64,000 bases of DNA from an uncultured Collinsella sp. (GTDB lineage: Bacteria > Actinomycetota > Coriobacteriia > Coriobacteriales > Coriobacteriaceae). The notes below the pieces were generated by a model. The model ran no database searches. It was not told the origin of the DNA and saw only the letters and a program-made list of their open reading frames with translations. The stretch spans positions 232,536 to 296,535 of the forward strand of contig UQOY01000001.1 in the NCBI GenBank assembly GCA_900542825.1, read 5' to 3'. This document shows positions 9,987-18,988 of this stretch, in pieces. Each line of letters opens with the position of its first letter. The first letter of the stretch is position 1. Both the position numbers and the translations under genes were made by a program.

Positions 9987-11120
9987 CTATAACAACTCAA
10001 TCTTTCCGTCCTTCACGGTGAGTCCCATATTGCCGGAAAGCAGATCGTCCAGGCGCGAGCCCACAAGCTCAAAACGCCAGCCTTCACGCAGGGGACTTTC
10101 CTCAGGATGCTCAATGTAGTCGGCCAGGTCATCGCGCGAGGCAATAACCGAGGTCGCCACGCCCGAGCGCTCGGCAACCAGGCGAATAAGCGCATACATG
10201 AGGTCCGTCACGCTCTCAAGCTCCGGCGAAATTTGGCGATGCCCGCGCACCATGAGCGGCAGGCGATCGTGCGGACAGCTCGCACCGCGCTTAATGGCCA
10301 TCAACGCGCCGTCCACATCGCGCTCCCCCAGCTGATCGGTGCCGCGGATGCTGCGGAACTCCTCAACGCGCACGGGATTGCGCTTGACGAGCGCAAGCAG
10401 CGTATCGTCGGACATGACCCACTTGCGCGGGATGTTGCGGCGCTCGGCGCGGTCCTCGCGCCAGGCGGCGAGCTCGCGCGCAATGCCCAGCTGATGGCGG
10501 CTGCATGAGTTGATGCGCTTGACCTTGCGGAATGCCTCGTGGCGGTCGGCGCGGTAGTGCGACTCGTCGGCCAGAGGACGCAACTCATCGAGCACCCAGT
10601 CCACGCGGCCCAGCTCACGCAGGCGGCTCATCATCTCGGTATAGGCGACGATTAAGTACTTGACATCATCGATTGCGTATTCGATCTGCTTATCGCTCAG
10701 CGGGCGGCGCGACCAATCGGTCAGCGACTCAGTCTTGGGCAGCGACACGCCGCAGAACGTCTGAACAAGCGCGCCATACGAAATCTGCTGGCGCTCGCCC
10801 AAAAAGGCGGCGGCAACCTGCGTGTCAAAAATCGGTCGCGGCAGTGCGCCCACGGTATGGAGCATAACTTCCATGTCCTGCGAGCAAGCATGGAATACCT
10901 TGACCACGCCCTCGTCGGCCATAAGCTCGGCAAGCGGCGACAGATCGTCGATCACCAACGGATCGACCGCGACACTCTCGGCGGGGGTGGCAATCTGGAC
11001 CAGGCACAGGCGCGGATGAAACGTGCGCTCGCGCAAAAACTCGGTGTCGACGGCGATCGCGTCGAACTCGCGGGCGCGCTGGCAAAAGTCGAGTAGAGCC
11101 TGATGTGTGGAAATGTACAT
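9987..11120 (-). CDS. rnd: ribonuclease D
   Basis: DEDDy 3-5 exonuclease domain (AVDTEF..., HNA/HRDC-like C-terminus). Start set at MYISTHQALLDF; the alternative ATG at 11156 is possible. Confidence 0.8.
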   Translation of the reverse strand: MYISTHQALLDFCQRAREFDAIAVDTEFLRERTFHPRLCLVQIATPAESVAVDPLVIDDLSPLAELMADEGVVKVFHACSQDMEVMLHTVGALPRPIFDTQVAAAFLGERQQISYGALVQTFCGVSLPKTESLTDWSRRPLSDKQIEYAIDDVKYLIVAYTEMMSRLRELGRVDWVLDELRPLADESHYRADRHEAFRKVKRINSCSRHQLGIARELAAWREDRAERRNIPRKWVMSDDTLLALVKRNPVRVEEFRSIRGTDQLGERDVDGALMAIKRGASCPHDRLPLMVRGHRQISPELESVTDLMYALIRLVAERSGVATSVIASRDDLADYIEHPEESPLREGWRFELVGSRLDDLLSGNMGLTVKDGKIELL

Positions 11121-11218
11121 ATCAACCCATCGAATAAGGTTAGGCCCGAAAAACACGGGTAGGATATCGGCATTGCCCTACAACTATACTCGGTTAGTCA
11201 CAGAACGGGAACGTAAGT

Positions 11219-12136
11219 ATGCGCTGCCTTATCATCCACAACCCGGCATCGGGCCCCAGCTCAGATGAAATCTACGCGTTCACGCACGCCCTCGCGCAGG
11301 GTGGCGACGAGGTCGTGATGCGTTTTATCGGCGATGGCATGGAACCCGAGGACGCCGTGGCAGACGTGCGCGAGTTTGATCGCGTGGTGATTTCGGGCGG
11401 CGACGGCACCGTCTCCAACGTGCTCGACCAAATGCGTGGATGCGGTGTCCCCACGCTCGTCTTCCCCTCCGGCACGGCCTGCCTGTTCTTCAACAACATT
11501 GGCAATGCCCCCGAGGCCGCAGCGCTCGCCAAGGCCTGCCGCGCCGGCCGCACCGTCAAGGCGGACATGGGTGAGCTCTTTTGGCTCGACGAGAATGGCA
11601 ACGAAAAGCGCCACGGCTTTATTATCATCGCCGGCTCGGGCTACGATGCCGAGATCATGATGAAGGCCGCCCCAACCAAAAACGACATCGGCGAGATCGC
11701 CTATTTCCTGTCGGCGCTCGCCACACCCAACCCCACGGTGGCGCACTTTACGATTGAGCATGACGGCATTGTCGAGGAGCTCGATGGCATCTGCTGCATG
11801 GCAGGCAACACCTCGGTCATCCAAAACGACATCAACCTGTTCCCCAACTGCCGTATGGACGACGGCATGGTCGACATCGCGGTCATCGAGCCCGTAAAAA
11901 CCGTGCAGCTGCTCCCGACCGTGATCACCGCCGCGCTCGACCCCGCCGGCAAGGTGCTCGGCCGTCCGCAGTTCAAGATCATCCAGACCAAAGAAGCCAA
12001 GATCACCTGCACGCCATCGCTGGGCATGCAGTTCGATGGCGAAATCATCTCCAGCAACTCCGGCGTCTTTGGCGCCCGCGCGCTGCCGCAATGCCTCGAC
12101 CTCATCGTCGACGAATTTTCACCGCTCGGAAAATAG
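11219..12136 (+). CDS. diacylglycerol-kinase-family lipid kinase (YegS/DagK-like)
   Basis: DAGK_cat signature (VISGGDGTVSNV), 305 aa. Confidence 0.85.
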   Translation: MRCLIIHNPASGPSSDEIYAFTHALAQGGDEVVMRFIGDGMEPEDAVADVREFDRVVISGGDGTVSNVLDQMRGCGVPTLVFPSGTACLFFNNIGNAPEAAALAKACRAGRTVKADMGELFWLDENGNEKRHGFIIIAGSGYDAEIMMKAAPTKNDIGEIAYFLSALATPNPTVAHFTIEHDGIVEELDGICCMAGNTSVIQNDINLFPNCRMDDGMVDIAVIEPVKTVQLLPTVITAALDPAGKVLGRPQFKIIQTKEAKITCTPSLGMQFDGEIISSNSGVFGARALPQCLDLIVDEFSPLGK

Positions 12137-12145
12137 GAGGACCCC

Positions 12146-12238
12146 ATGAACGACAATCCCCTGATCGGCTTTATCGTCATCGTCTTGGCCATGCTCGTCG
12201 GTTACGCCATCAATGTGATTCACCGCCGAAAAAAGTAA
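12146..12238 (+). CDS. small hydrophobic peptide (30 aa, single predicted TM helix)
   Basis: AGGAGG 5 nt before the ATG, which is 10 nt after the kinase stop. Translation MNDNPLIGFIVIVLAMLVGYAINVIHRRKK. Below the ORF-track size cutoff. Confidence 0.4.
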   Translation: MNDNPLIGFIVIVLAMLVGYAINVIHRRKK

Positions 12239-12545
12239 ATCCACATTGGTATGATATTCATCCAGTTATCGACTCTCCTGTTGTTTATGCAAATCCTAAA
12301 CAGCGGGAGAGTTTCCTTTTGAGCACTGCCTGGCGCTTTATTCAGCTATAGTAAATGCAGGGTGCCTTTATTTAACTAAAGCCACAGAATGAGTATTATT
12401 ATCCACTCATCGTATATTTCTACACGCTCATCGAGTAAAAGCTGTTGTCAAATGAATACTCTTTACACTTCCTTTAGGCTAGTAGATGTATTTATTAGCT
12501 GAAACTCCGTGCGGTTTCGCGGGGTTTCAACAGTTGGGAGGGATC

Positions 12546-14345
12546 ATGAGGTTTACTCATCCTGTCAACACGCTCAAGAAGCTTGGCTGCGGCCTTGCAT
12601 TTGGAGCAGCGGCCATTATGGCTATGCCGACTTCGGCGCTCGCTTGCACCCAGATCTACATGGGCAGCCAGCTCACGGCAGACGGCAACACGTACTACGG
12701 ACGTTCCGAGGACTTCGGCCCGCGCTACATCAAGCACTTTGGCATCGAGCCCGCACACAAGGACGGCAGCAAGTACACCTCGGTCGAGTCCGGCTTTGAA
12801 TACAAGTCCAAGGGCGCAACCTACCGCTACACCTTCGTTCGCGACAACCCCTCTCAGTGGGAAGATCGTTACGACGCATATTCCGAAGCTGGCATCAACG
12901 AGAAGGGCGTTTCCTGCTCTGCCACGCTGAGCACCTCCTATAACGAGAAGGCAGAGGAAGCCGACCCCGTCACCGAGGAGACCGGCATCGGCGAGTACAA
13001 CTACGCCAGCGTCATTCTGGGCGAGAGCGCCACGGCCCGCGAGGGTGTCGAGCTCCTCGGCAGCCTGATTGACGAGCAGGGCGTCTGCTCCAACGACCAG
13101 ATCATCATTGCCGACAACAACGAGACCTGGCTGTTTGCAGCGCTTTCCGGCCATCAGTGGATTGCCATGAGGCTCACCGACGATATCGCCTCGCTCAATC
13201 CCAACATCGGCAACCTCACCTATGACGTCGACCTCGACGACACCGAGAACTGCCTCCACTCCGAGGGTATCGAGTCCATGCCTAAGGAGAAGGGCTTTGC
13301 CGAGTACACCAACGGCAAGTTCGACGTCGCCAAGACCTACGGCGAGGAGATTAGCGAGGCCGACATGCACCAGTGGTCGCGCTATGTCCAGGGCCGCGAT
13401 TACTTCATGGCTCCGCTTGCCGAGGGTGCCGACTACGAGATCGTCAAGGACGAGCGCGAAGACGCTCGAGCCACAACCGGCGCCCTGGTCCACGAGATGC
13501 AGCCGCTGTTCTTTACGCCCGGCAAGTCCGACTGGAACACCTTTGAGATGATTCGTTCCTTCGCCGCTCGCGGCGAGAATGTCGCCGGCCTCAACGCCAA
13601 CACCGACGGCGCCTATGCCATCGGCTCCAACCGCAACACCGAGATCCACACTTTCCAGATCCGTCACGGCATGGACCCCGAGATCGCGACCATCCAGTGG
13701 GAGATGCTCTCCAACGCCGAGTTCTCCGTCGCTATCCCCCTCTATTCCGCACTGCTCACCGAGGTCAGCCCCTACTTCAGCGATCAGGACGTCTCCTTCG
13801 ATCACTGTGAAGAGGAAGACGTCGTGAACAACGAGGAGCCCAAGAACTCCATCAACTACGTCCTCATGGACATCAACACGCTTGCCTATGAGAACCGCGA
13901 CAATTGCGCCACCGGCGTCCGCGCCTATCTCGACGCCCTGCAGAAGGAGCTTATTGAGCAGAACCTGACCGTCGACGAGGCCATGCAGGACGCCGAGGAC
14001 ACCGAGGCCCGCACTGTCCTGGCCAACAAGGCCGGCAAGGCGGCGACCAAAGACACCTACGTCAAGTGCAAGGCCATGCTCGAGGAGATGCGCGACTACC
14101 TCAAGGAAGGCGACTTCTCCGAGGAGTTCGTCCCGAGCGACTACGATGCCGACAACGACTGCCTGGTCGAGTCCATCACCTATGCCGACGAGGCCCTCTC
14201 CGATGAGGACGTTGCCGACCCCGAGGTTAAGGAAGAAGCGGCCGAGGAGAAGTCCGAGGGCAACAACATGGCCGCCATGGCCGTTGGCGCCATCGTCATC
14301 ATCGGTGTCTGCGGCTTCGTGCTCTATCGTCGCAAGAAGGCCTAA
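12546..14345 (+). CDS. secreted C69-family dipeptidase with C-terminal membrane anchor
   Basis: Signal peptide then ...ALA-CTQIYMGSQLTADGNTYYGRSEDF (Ntn Cys nucleophile pattern of peptidase C69). C-terminal hydrophobic helix plus RRKKA tail. GGGAGGG RBS before MRF; the listed ORF starts 60 nt earlier. Confidence 0.8.
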   Translation: MRFTHPVNTLKKLGCGLAFGAAAIMAMPTSALACTQIYMGSQLTADGNTYYGRSEDFGPRYIKHFGIEPAHKDGSKYTSVESGFEYKSKGATYRYTFVRDNPSQWEDRYDAYSEAGINEKGVSCSATLSTSYNEKAEEADPVTEETGIGEYNYASVILGESATAREGVELLGSLIDEQGVCSNDQIIIADNNETWLFAALSGHQWIAMRLTDDIASLNPNIGNLTYDVDLDDTENCLHSEGIESMPKEKGFAEYTNGKFDVAKTYGEEISEADMHQWSRYVQGRDYFMAPLAEGADYEIVKDEREDARATTGALVHEMQPLFFTPGKSDWNTFEMIRSFAARGENVAGLNANTDGAYAIGSNRNTEIHTFQIRHGMDPEIATIQWEMLSNAEFSVAIPLYSALLTEVSPYFSDQDVSFDHCEEEDVVNNEEPKNSINYVLMDINTLAYENRDNCATGVRAYLDALQKELIEQNLTVDEAMQDAEDTEARTVLANKAGKAATKDTYVKCKAMLEEMRDYLKEGDFSEEFVPSDYDADNDCLVESITYADEALSDEDVADPEVKEEAAEEKSEGNNMAAMAVGAIVIIGVCGFVLYRRKKA

Positions 14346-14428
14346 GACCCTCACGTTCCAAGAAACGGGCGGGTCGCATGAGTCATCCCGACCGCTCAGC
14401 CTGCCCTTTTGACCGGTAGGAAACGCCG

Positions 14429-14451
14429 CTGAAATCTTTTCAAAAAAGATT
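14429..14451. promoter_or_regulatory. perfect 10-bp inverted repeat (candidate operator) upstream of an extended -10 element
   Basis: gaaatctttt-caa-aaaagatttc. TGcTATAGT (extended -10 like) lies at 14471-14479. Confidence 0.3.
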
Positions 14452-14538
14452 TCCCCGCACACACTTCGCTGTGCTATAGTGCAGCGCAACAGCAACTAGG
14501 TGCGACCGCGCCACGGCATCACGAAAGGAGCCACCAAG

Positions 14539-14604
14539 ATGATGAACACGATGAAGTCCCTCAACAACTGGTGGTGGCGTGATGCGAATACGATCGGTCG
14601 ATAG
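14539..14604 (+). CDS. leader peptide with three consecutive Trp codons (attenuation leader)
   Basis: AAAGGAG RBS 8 nt upstream. MMNTMKSLNNWWWRDANTIGR*, with TGGTGGTGG at 14569-14577. Confidence 0.55.
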   Translation: MMNTMKSLNNWWWRDANTIGR

Positions 14605-14643
14605 TGAGTCCCTCACGCCTATTTTTGCGCTCTAGGTGATTGG

Positions 14644-14676
14644 AAGGCCTCCGGTTTCGACCGGGGGCCTTTTTCT
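14644..14676 (+). terminator. intrinsic terminator (attenuator) in leader of ECF transporter operon
   Basis: aggcctccggt-ttcg-accgggggcct followed by tttttct, located between the leader peptide stop and the S-component start. Confidence 0.6.
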
Positions 14677-14753
14677 ATCTCGAGCCCGATCGCATTCGCA
14701 TCACGCGCCTCCGCTTTTCTCTTACGCCCCCCCTTTTTGAAAGGACTTTCACC

Positions 14754-15329
14754 ATGTCTCAGAACACCACCGCCACCGCCCAGCCCCGCACCGTCCAGAC
14801 CGCCGACCGCGGTAAACTCGATATCCGCGCCCTTGTCCTACTCGCCATTCTGCTTGCCGCCGGCTTCATCCTCAACTTCACCGTCGGTAAGGCAATCTCG
14901 GGTATCTCGGGCGGTATGATTAGCCCCGAATTCATTATCTCGGCCTTCTGCCTCACCATCCTGGTCGTTCGTCCCAACATCGGTCAGGCGCTCGTCATTG
15001 GTCTCATCTCGGCGGCCGTGATCCAGATCACTACTACCTCGCCGTTTGTCGATTTTGCCGCCGAAGGCATCGCCGCCATGCTCATGGCAGTCATTGTCAA
15101 CGCCGCCGCCAAGGACGGCCAGGTTAAGCCCGCCGTCGCCATCGTCGCAACCTTCGTGACCACCTTTGTCTCGGGCGTCATCTTCATGGTCATCAAGATG
15201 GCCATGCTCGGCGTGGTGGGCGAGCTCGCCGCAGCCATGCTGCCCGTCGTCGCCATGACCGCCGTCTTTAACGCCATCCTGGTCGGCGCTCTCTACCTGC
15301 CCATCCAGAAAGCCCTGAAGCTCAACTAA
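14754..15329 (+). CDS. ECF transporter substrate-specific (S) component, putative tryptophan-specific
   Basis: 191 aa, ~6 TM helices, first gene of an S / fused A1A2 / T operon. Tryptophan specificity is inferred only from the Trp-codon leader. Confidence 0.7.
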   Translation: MSQNTTATAQPRTVQTADRGKLDIRALVLLAILLAAGFILNFTVGKAISGISGGMISPEFIISAFCLTILVVRPNIGQALVIGLISAAVIQITTTSPFVDFAAEGIAAMLMAVIVNAAAKDGQVKPAVAIVATFVTTFVSGVIFMVIKMAMLGVVGELAAAMLPVVAMTAVFNAILVGALYLPIQKALKLN

Positions 15330-15542
15330 CCAGCCGCGGCTTTACGAGCCACCACATCTTGGCGTTCATTCGTCGCTCGTGTACCCAAGTACGCTTCGCT
15401 CCTCTTTCGCGCCAACCTGGGACCCCTCGTAAAGCCGTCTCTGTGCTTCACCACCAAAGACCGTCCCAAACAACGAGCTTTTGGGGACGTTCCCAAACGA
15501 CTTGTCATGTAAGAACGTCCCCAATGACCATGAAAGGTATCC

Positions 15543-17294
15543 ATGGAAACGATCATCAACGTCGACGATGTCTCGTTCTCCTATGGCACGCAAACCGAGC
15601 AGGCGCTCAGCCACGTCTCGCTCAGCGTGAACAAGGGAGATTTCATCGGCATCATCGGGCCCTCGGGCGCCGGTAAGTCCACACTTGCCGCTTGTCTGTC
15701 GGGTGCCGTGCCTCACCACTACACCGGCGCCTTTTATGGCTCCGTGTTAGTTGACGGCCACGACACCTGCGAGGTCTCGCTCACCGACATATCGCAGATT
15801 GTCGGCAGCGTGCTGCAAGACATTGACACGCAGATGGTCGCTTCGGTCGTTGAGGATGAAATGCTTTTTGGCCTCGAGAACTTTGGCGTACCGCACGACC
15901 AGATCGAGCAGCGCGTGAGTGAGACGCTTAAAACCGTCGGCATCAGCGACCTGCGCGACCGCGAGATCGCCACCCTCTCGGGCGGCCAAAAGCAAAAGGT
16001 TGCCATCGCCGCCATCCTCGCCATGCGCCCGCGCGTGCTCGTGCTTGACGAACCCACCGCAGCGCTCGACCCCGCCAGCTCCACGCTGGTCTTCGAGACG
16101 CTGCGCGAGGCAAACCGCGCGCTCGGCATCACCATCGTCGTCGTTGAACAAAAGGTCGCCTTGCTTTCGGAGTACTGCAGCCGTGTGTTGGTGCTCGATC
16201 GCGGCCAGATCGCGCTGCAAGGTGAGCCTCACGAGGTCTTCGCACGCACCGACGAGCTTCGCACCATCGGCGTCGATTGCCCGCGCGTCACGCGCATCTT
16301 CAACAGCCTCGAGGCCGATGGCCTGGTAAGCGGCACGCCCTGTCTGGATGTCAACGAGGCAGAACGACTGATCACGGAAATCGTAGACCCCGGCCGTGCG
16401 ACAAGCGATACCCGGACGCCCGCAGGCTCCCCGCACGCGCCGTCGCTGCGCCCGCATGCGAAAGACGCCGAGCCGGTACTCACCTTTGACCATGTCGAGT
16501 TTTCCTACCCCCATGGAGGTGCCGCCGTCCACGACCTCAACTTGACACTCTACCCCGGCGAGCTCGTGGGCATTGTCGGCCAAAACGGAGCCGGCAAAAC
16601 CACACTCACCAAACTGCTCACGGGCCTGCTCAAGCCCGCATCGGGCAGCGTACGCGTTACGGGCTTGGACACGGCATCGGTTCCCACGAGCCGCATCGCA
16701 CGCGAAGTGGCAACACTTTTCCAAAACCCCGACCGCCAAATCTGCAAAGACACCGTGCTCGACGAGGTCGCCTTTGGTCTAGAACTTGCCGGCATCGACC
16801 GCGCCGAAGCTCTACGTCGCGCCCAGCTGGTCATCGACCGCTTTGGTCTGCCCGCCGACGAGGCGCCGTTCTCGCTGTCGCGCGGCCAGCGCCAGATGGT
16901 GGCGCTCGCCTCCGTTGTAGTAGTCGAGCCCAAGATCGTGGTGCTCGACGAGCCCACGAGCGGTCTGGACTACCGCGAGTGCATGACCGTGATGGAAACG
17001 GTGCGTACCATGGCCGAGCGCGGTTGCGCCGTCATCATGGTCTGTCACGACATGGAAGTCGTTTCCGACTTTGCCGAGCGCATCGTGGTGATGGCTAACG
17101 GTCGCATCCTCGACCGCGGCCGCACGCACGAATTGTTCTCGAACATCGAACTCATGCAGCAAGCCTACGTTGAGCCGCCCCAGGTCATCGAACTCTCGCG
17201 CCGTCTGGCATCCACCGTCTCGCCCGCCTTTACACAGGTGAGTGAGGTCGCCGATATCGTTCGCATTACCGAGGAGATGGTCCGCCGTGGTTAA
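15543..17294 (+). CDS. ECF transporter fused tandem ATPase (EcfA1-EcfA2 fusion, YkoD-like)
   Basis: Two complete ABC cassettes (GPSGAGKST...LSGGQKQ...LDEPT and GQNGAGKTT...LSRGQRQ...LDEPT). Confidence 0.9.
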   Translation: METIINVDDVSFSYGTQTEQALSHVSLSVNKGDFIGIIGPSGAGKSTLAACLSGAVPHHYTGAFYGSVLVDGHDTCEVSLTDISQIVGSVLQDIDTQMVASVVEDEMLFGLENFGVPHDQIEQRVSETLKTVGISDLRDREIATLSGGQKQKVAIAAILAMRPRVLVLDEPTAALDPASSTLVFETLREANRALGITIVVVEQKVALLSEYCSRVLVLDRGQIALQGEPHEVFARTDELRTIGVDCPRVTRIFNSLEADGLVSGTPCLDVNEAERLITEIVDPGRATSDTRTPAGSPHAPSLRPHAKDAEPVLTFDHVEFSYPHGGAAVHDLNLTLYPGELVGIVGQNGAGKTTLTKLLTGLLKPASGSVRVTGLDTASVPTSRIAREVATLFQNPDRQICKDTVLDEVAFGLELAGIDRAEALRRAQLVIDRFGLPADEAPFSLSRGQRQMVALASVVVVEPKIVVLDEPTSGLDYRECMTVMETVRTMAERGCAVIMVCHDMEVVSDFAERIVVMANGRILDRGRTHELFSNIELMQQAYVEPPQVIELSRRLASTVSPAFTQVSEVADIVRITEEMVRRG

Positions 17295-18033
17295 CGTCAT
17301 CGACTACATGCCGGGCGACACGCTGCTGCACCGCCTGAACCCCGTCATCAAACTGGGCCTCGCCGCCGCCATCATCATCGGCATCTTCTTGTCCGACACC
17401 TATGTGGCATTGTTGGGCTTTCTGGCGCTCACGCTCGCGCTGGGAGCCTACGCCGGCGTCGTCGACCGCCTGCTCGCGCTGCTCAAGCTGCTGATTCCGC
17501 TCGCGCTCATCATGCTGGTGCTGCAGCTGGCTTTTATGCGCGATGGCAATGTGGTGTGGAGCTTTGTCACCGACACGGGTCTCATCACCGGTTCCAAGGC
17601 CTGTCTGCGTCTGCTGGGCGTGGCGCTTCCGCTTATTCTGATGCTCATGGTGACCAAGCTCAACGACCTTGCCAACGCCTGTGTCGAGGTACTGCACGTT
17701 CCGTATCGTTACGCCTTCACCTTTACCACGGCGCTGCGCTTTGTGCCAGTGTTTGGCCAGGAGATGAACGCCATTATGGAGGCACAAACCGCACGCGGCG
17801 TCGAGTACGACACCAAGAACCCCATCAAGAAGCTTCAGCTCATGCTGCCGTTGTGCGTGCCGCTACTGATCTCGAGCGTGGGTAAAACCGATGCCACGGC
17901 CTTGGCGGCCGAGCAGCGCGGCTTCTACCTGCGCACGCGCGCGAGCTCGTACAAGCGCTGCCCCATCAAGGGCCTGGACATTGCCATACTTATTGTCAGC
18001 ATTGCCCTTATCGTCCTCGGATTCCTGTTCTAA
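17287..18033 (+). CDS. ECF transporter transmembrane (T) component (EcfT/CbiQ family)
   Basis: CbiQ-like TM protein. GTG start overlaps the ATPase stop (GTGGTTAA); the listed ORF starts at 17242. Confidence 0.8.
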   Translation: MVNVIDYMPGDTLLHRLNPVIKLGLAAAIIIGIFLSDTYVALLGFLALTLALGAYAGVVDRLLALLKLLIPLALIMLVLQLAFMRDGNVVWSFVTDTGLITGSKACLRLLGVALPLILMLMVTKLNDLANACVEVLHVPYRYAFTFTTALRFVPVFGQEMNAIMEAQTARGVEYDTKNPIKKLQLMLPLCVPLLISSVGKTDATALAAEQRGFYLRTRASSYKRCPIKGLDIAILIVSIALIVLGFLF

Positions 18034-18063
18034 CCCATCGCCACCGGCAACCGACAAATGCAA

Positions 18064-18098
18064 AAGGCCCCGGCTCGCATCAAACGAGCCGGGGCCTT
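18064..18098. terminator. bidirectional terminator hairpin
   Basis: aaggccccggctcg-catcaaa-cgagccggggcctt, a 14-bp perfect stem between convergent ecfT and the racemase gene. Confidence 0.6.
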
Positions 18099-18116
18099 AC
18101 TGTTTTCCCAGATAAA

Positions 18117-18151
18117 ACCTGCCAAAATAAACCTGTCCCTTTTTGGCAGGT
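18117..18151. repeat. hairpin repeat element copy 1 (acctgccaaaa...ttttggcaggt)
   Basis: acctgccaaaataaacctgtccctttttggcaggt, 11-bp stem. Further copies at 63797-63831 and a partial inverted copy at 63069-63098. Confidence 0.7.
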
Positions 18152-18157
18152 CGAGGG

Positions 18158-18904
18158 CTACAGGCGGTAGGAGGCTCCGCTGCGGATAATGGACTCGCGT
18201 ACCAGGACGTCCATAGCGTCGAGAGTGATCTCGGGCATCTCGCGATACTTTTGTAGCACCGAGAGCTCGGTGCAGGCCAGGATGACGCGATCGCAGCCGC
18301 TGCGGGCGAACTCCCACATCACTCGGTCAAACTTGTCCATATCGGGCTCGCGTCCGGCCTTCACGTCATCATAAATCAGCGACATTACATCGGCCTGGCG
18401 CTTCTCGCTGGGATAGACGACCTCGACGCCCGCGGCCTCGCACTCGCGCCCATAGACGCCTGCACCCACGGTGCCGTCTGTGCCCATGATGCCGATCTTG
18501 CGCACCGGCTCAGACGGCATGCTCAGGTTAGGATCGAACTCGCACTCCCCCATCACCGCGCCCGCCAGGGCATAGCGCACCGACTCACGCGGCATGTGGA
18601 TAATCGGCACCTTGGTAAACGACTGAATCTGGTCATAGAAGTAGTGCGATGTGTTGCAGGGAATGGCAATGTGCGCGCAGCCCAGCCTCTCGAGCGCCTG
18701 AGCGCACTCCTTCATGGTCGCCAGCAGCTCGGCATGCTCGCCGGTCTTAATGGCCAGCGTACGGTCGGGCATGGTCGACTTGGAGAGCACCACCATGTCG
18801 ATATGTTCCTGATCGCAGGCAGCAGCCGTATGACGCACGACCTGATCGTAGTAATACGACGTGGCCTCGGCGCCCATGCCGCCGATAACTCCCAGCTTTT
18901 CCAT
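18158..18904 (-). CDS. aspartate/glutamate-racemase-family protein (probable aspartate racemase)
   Basis: MEKLGVIGGMGAEATSYYY...CNTSHYF...ACTELS Asp/Glu/hydantoin racemase motifs. GGAGG RBS before MEKLG; the listed ORF extends to 18988. Confidence 0.8.
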   Translation of the reverse strand: MEKLGVIGGMGAEATSYYYDQVVRHTAAACDQEHIDMVVLSKSTMPDRTLAIKTGEHAELLATMKECAQALERLGCAHIAIPCNTSHYFYDQIQSFTKVPIIHMPRESVRYALAGAVMGECEFDPNLSMPSEPVRKIGIMGTDGTVGAGVYGRECEAAGVEVVYPSEKRQADVMSLIYDDVKAGREPDMDKFDRVMWEFARSGCDRVILACTELSVLQKYREMPEITLDAMDVLVRESIIRSGASYRL

Positions 18905-18988
18905 CGCCGCCTCCTTGGTGACGCCCATGCAATTGCTCGTATCATGCCCGCGCCCGTCCGATGCAAACCGGGCGGACGCCGCGCTCAT

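Noticed and set aside
12190-14345. Similar hydrophobic + RRKK C-termini of the small peptide (12146-12238) and the C69 dipeptidase
   Set aside because: Generic membrane-anchor/stop-transfer composition; no evidence of relatedness.
12495-14495. 666-aa - strand ORF
   Set aside because: Antisense to the C69 dipeptidase gene; repetitive Gly/Val/Leu composition.
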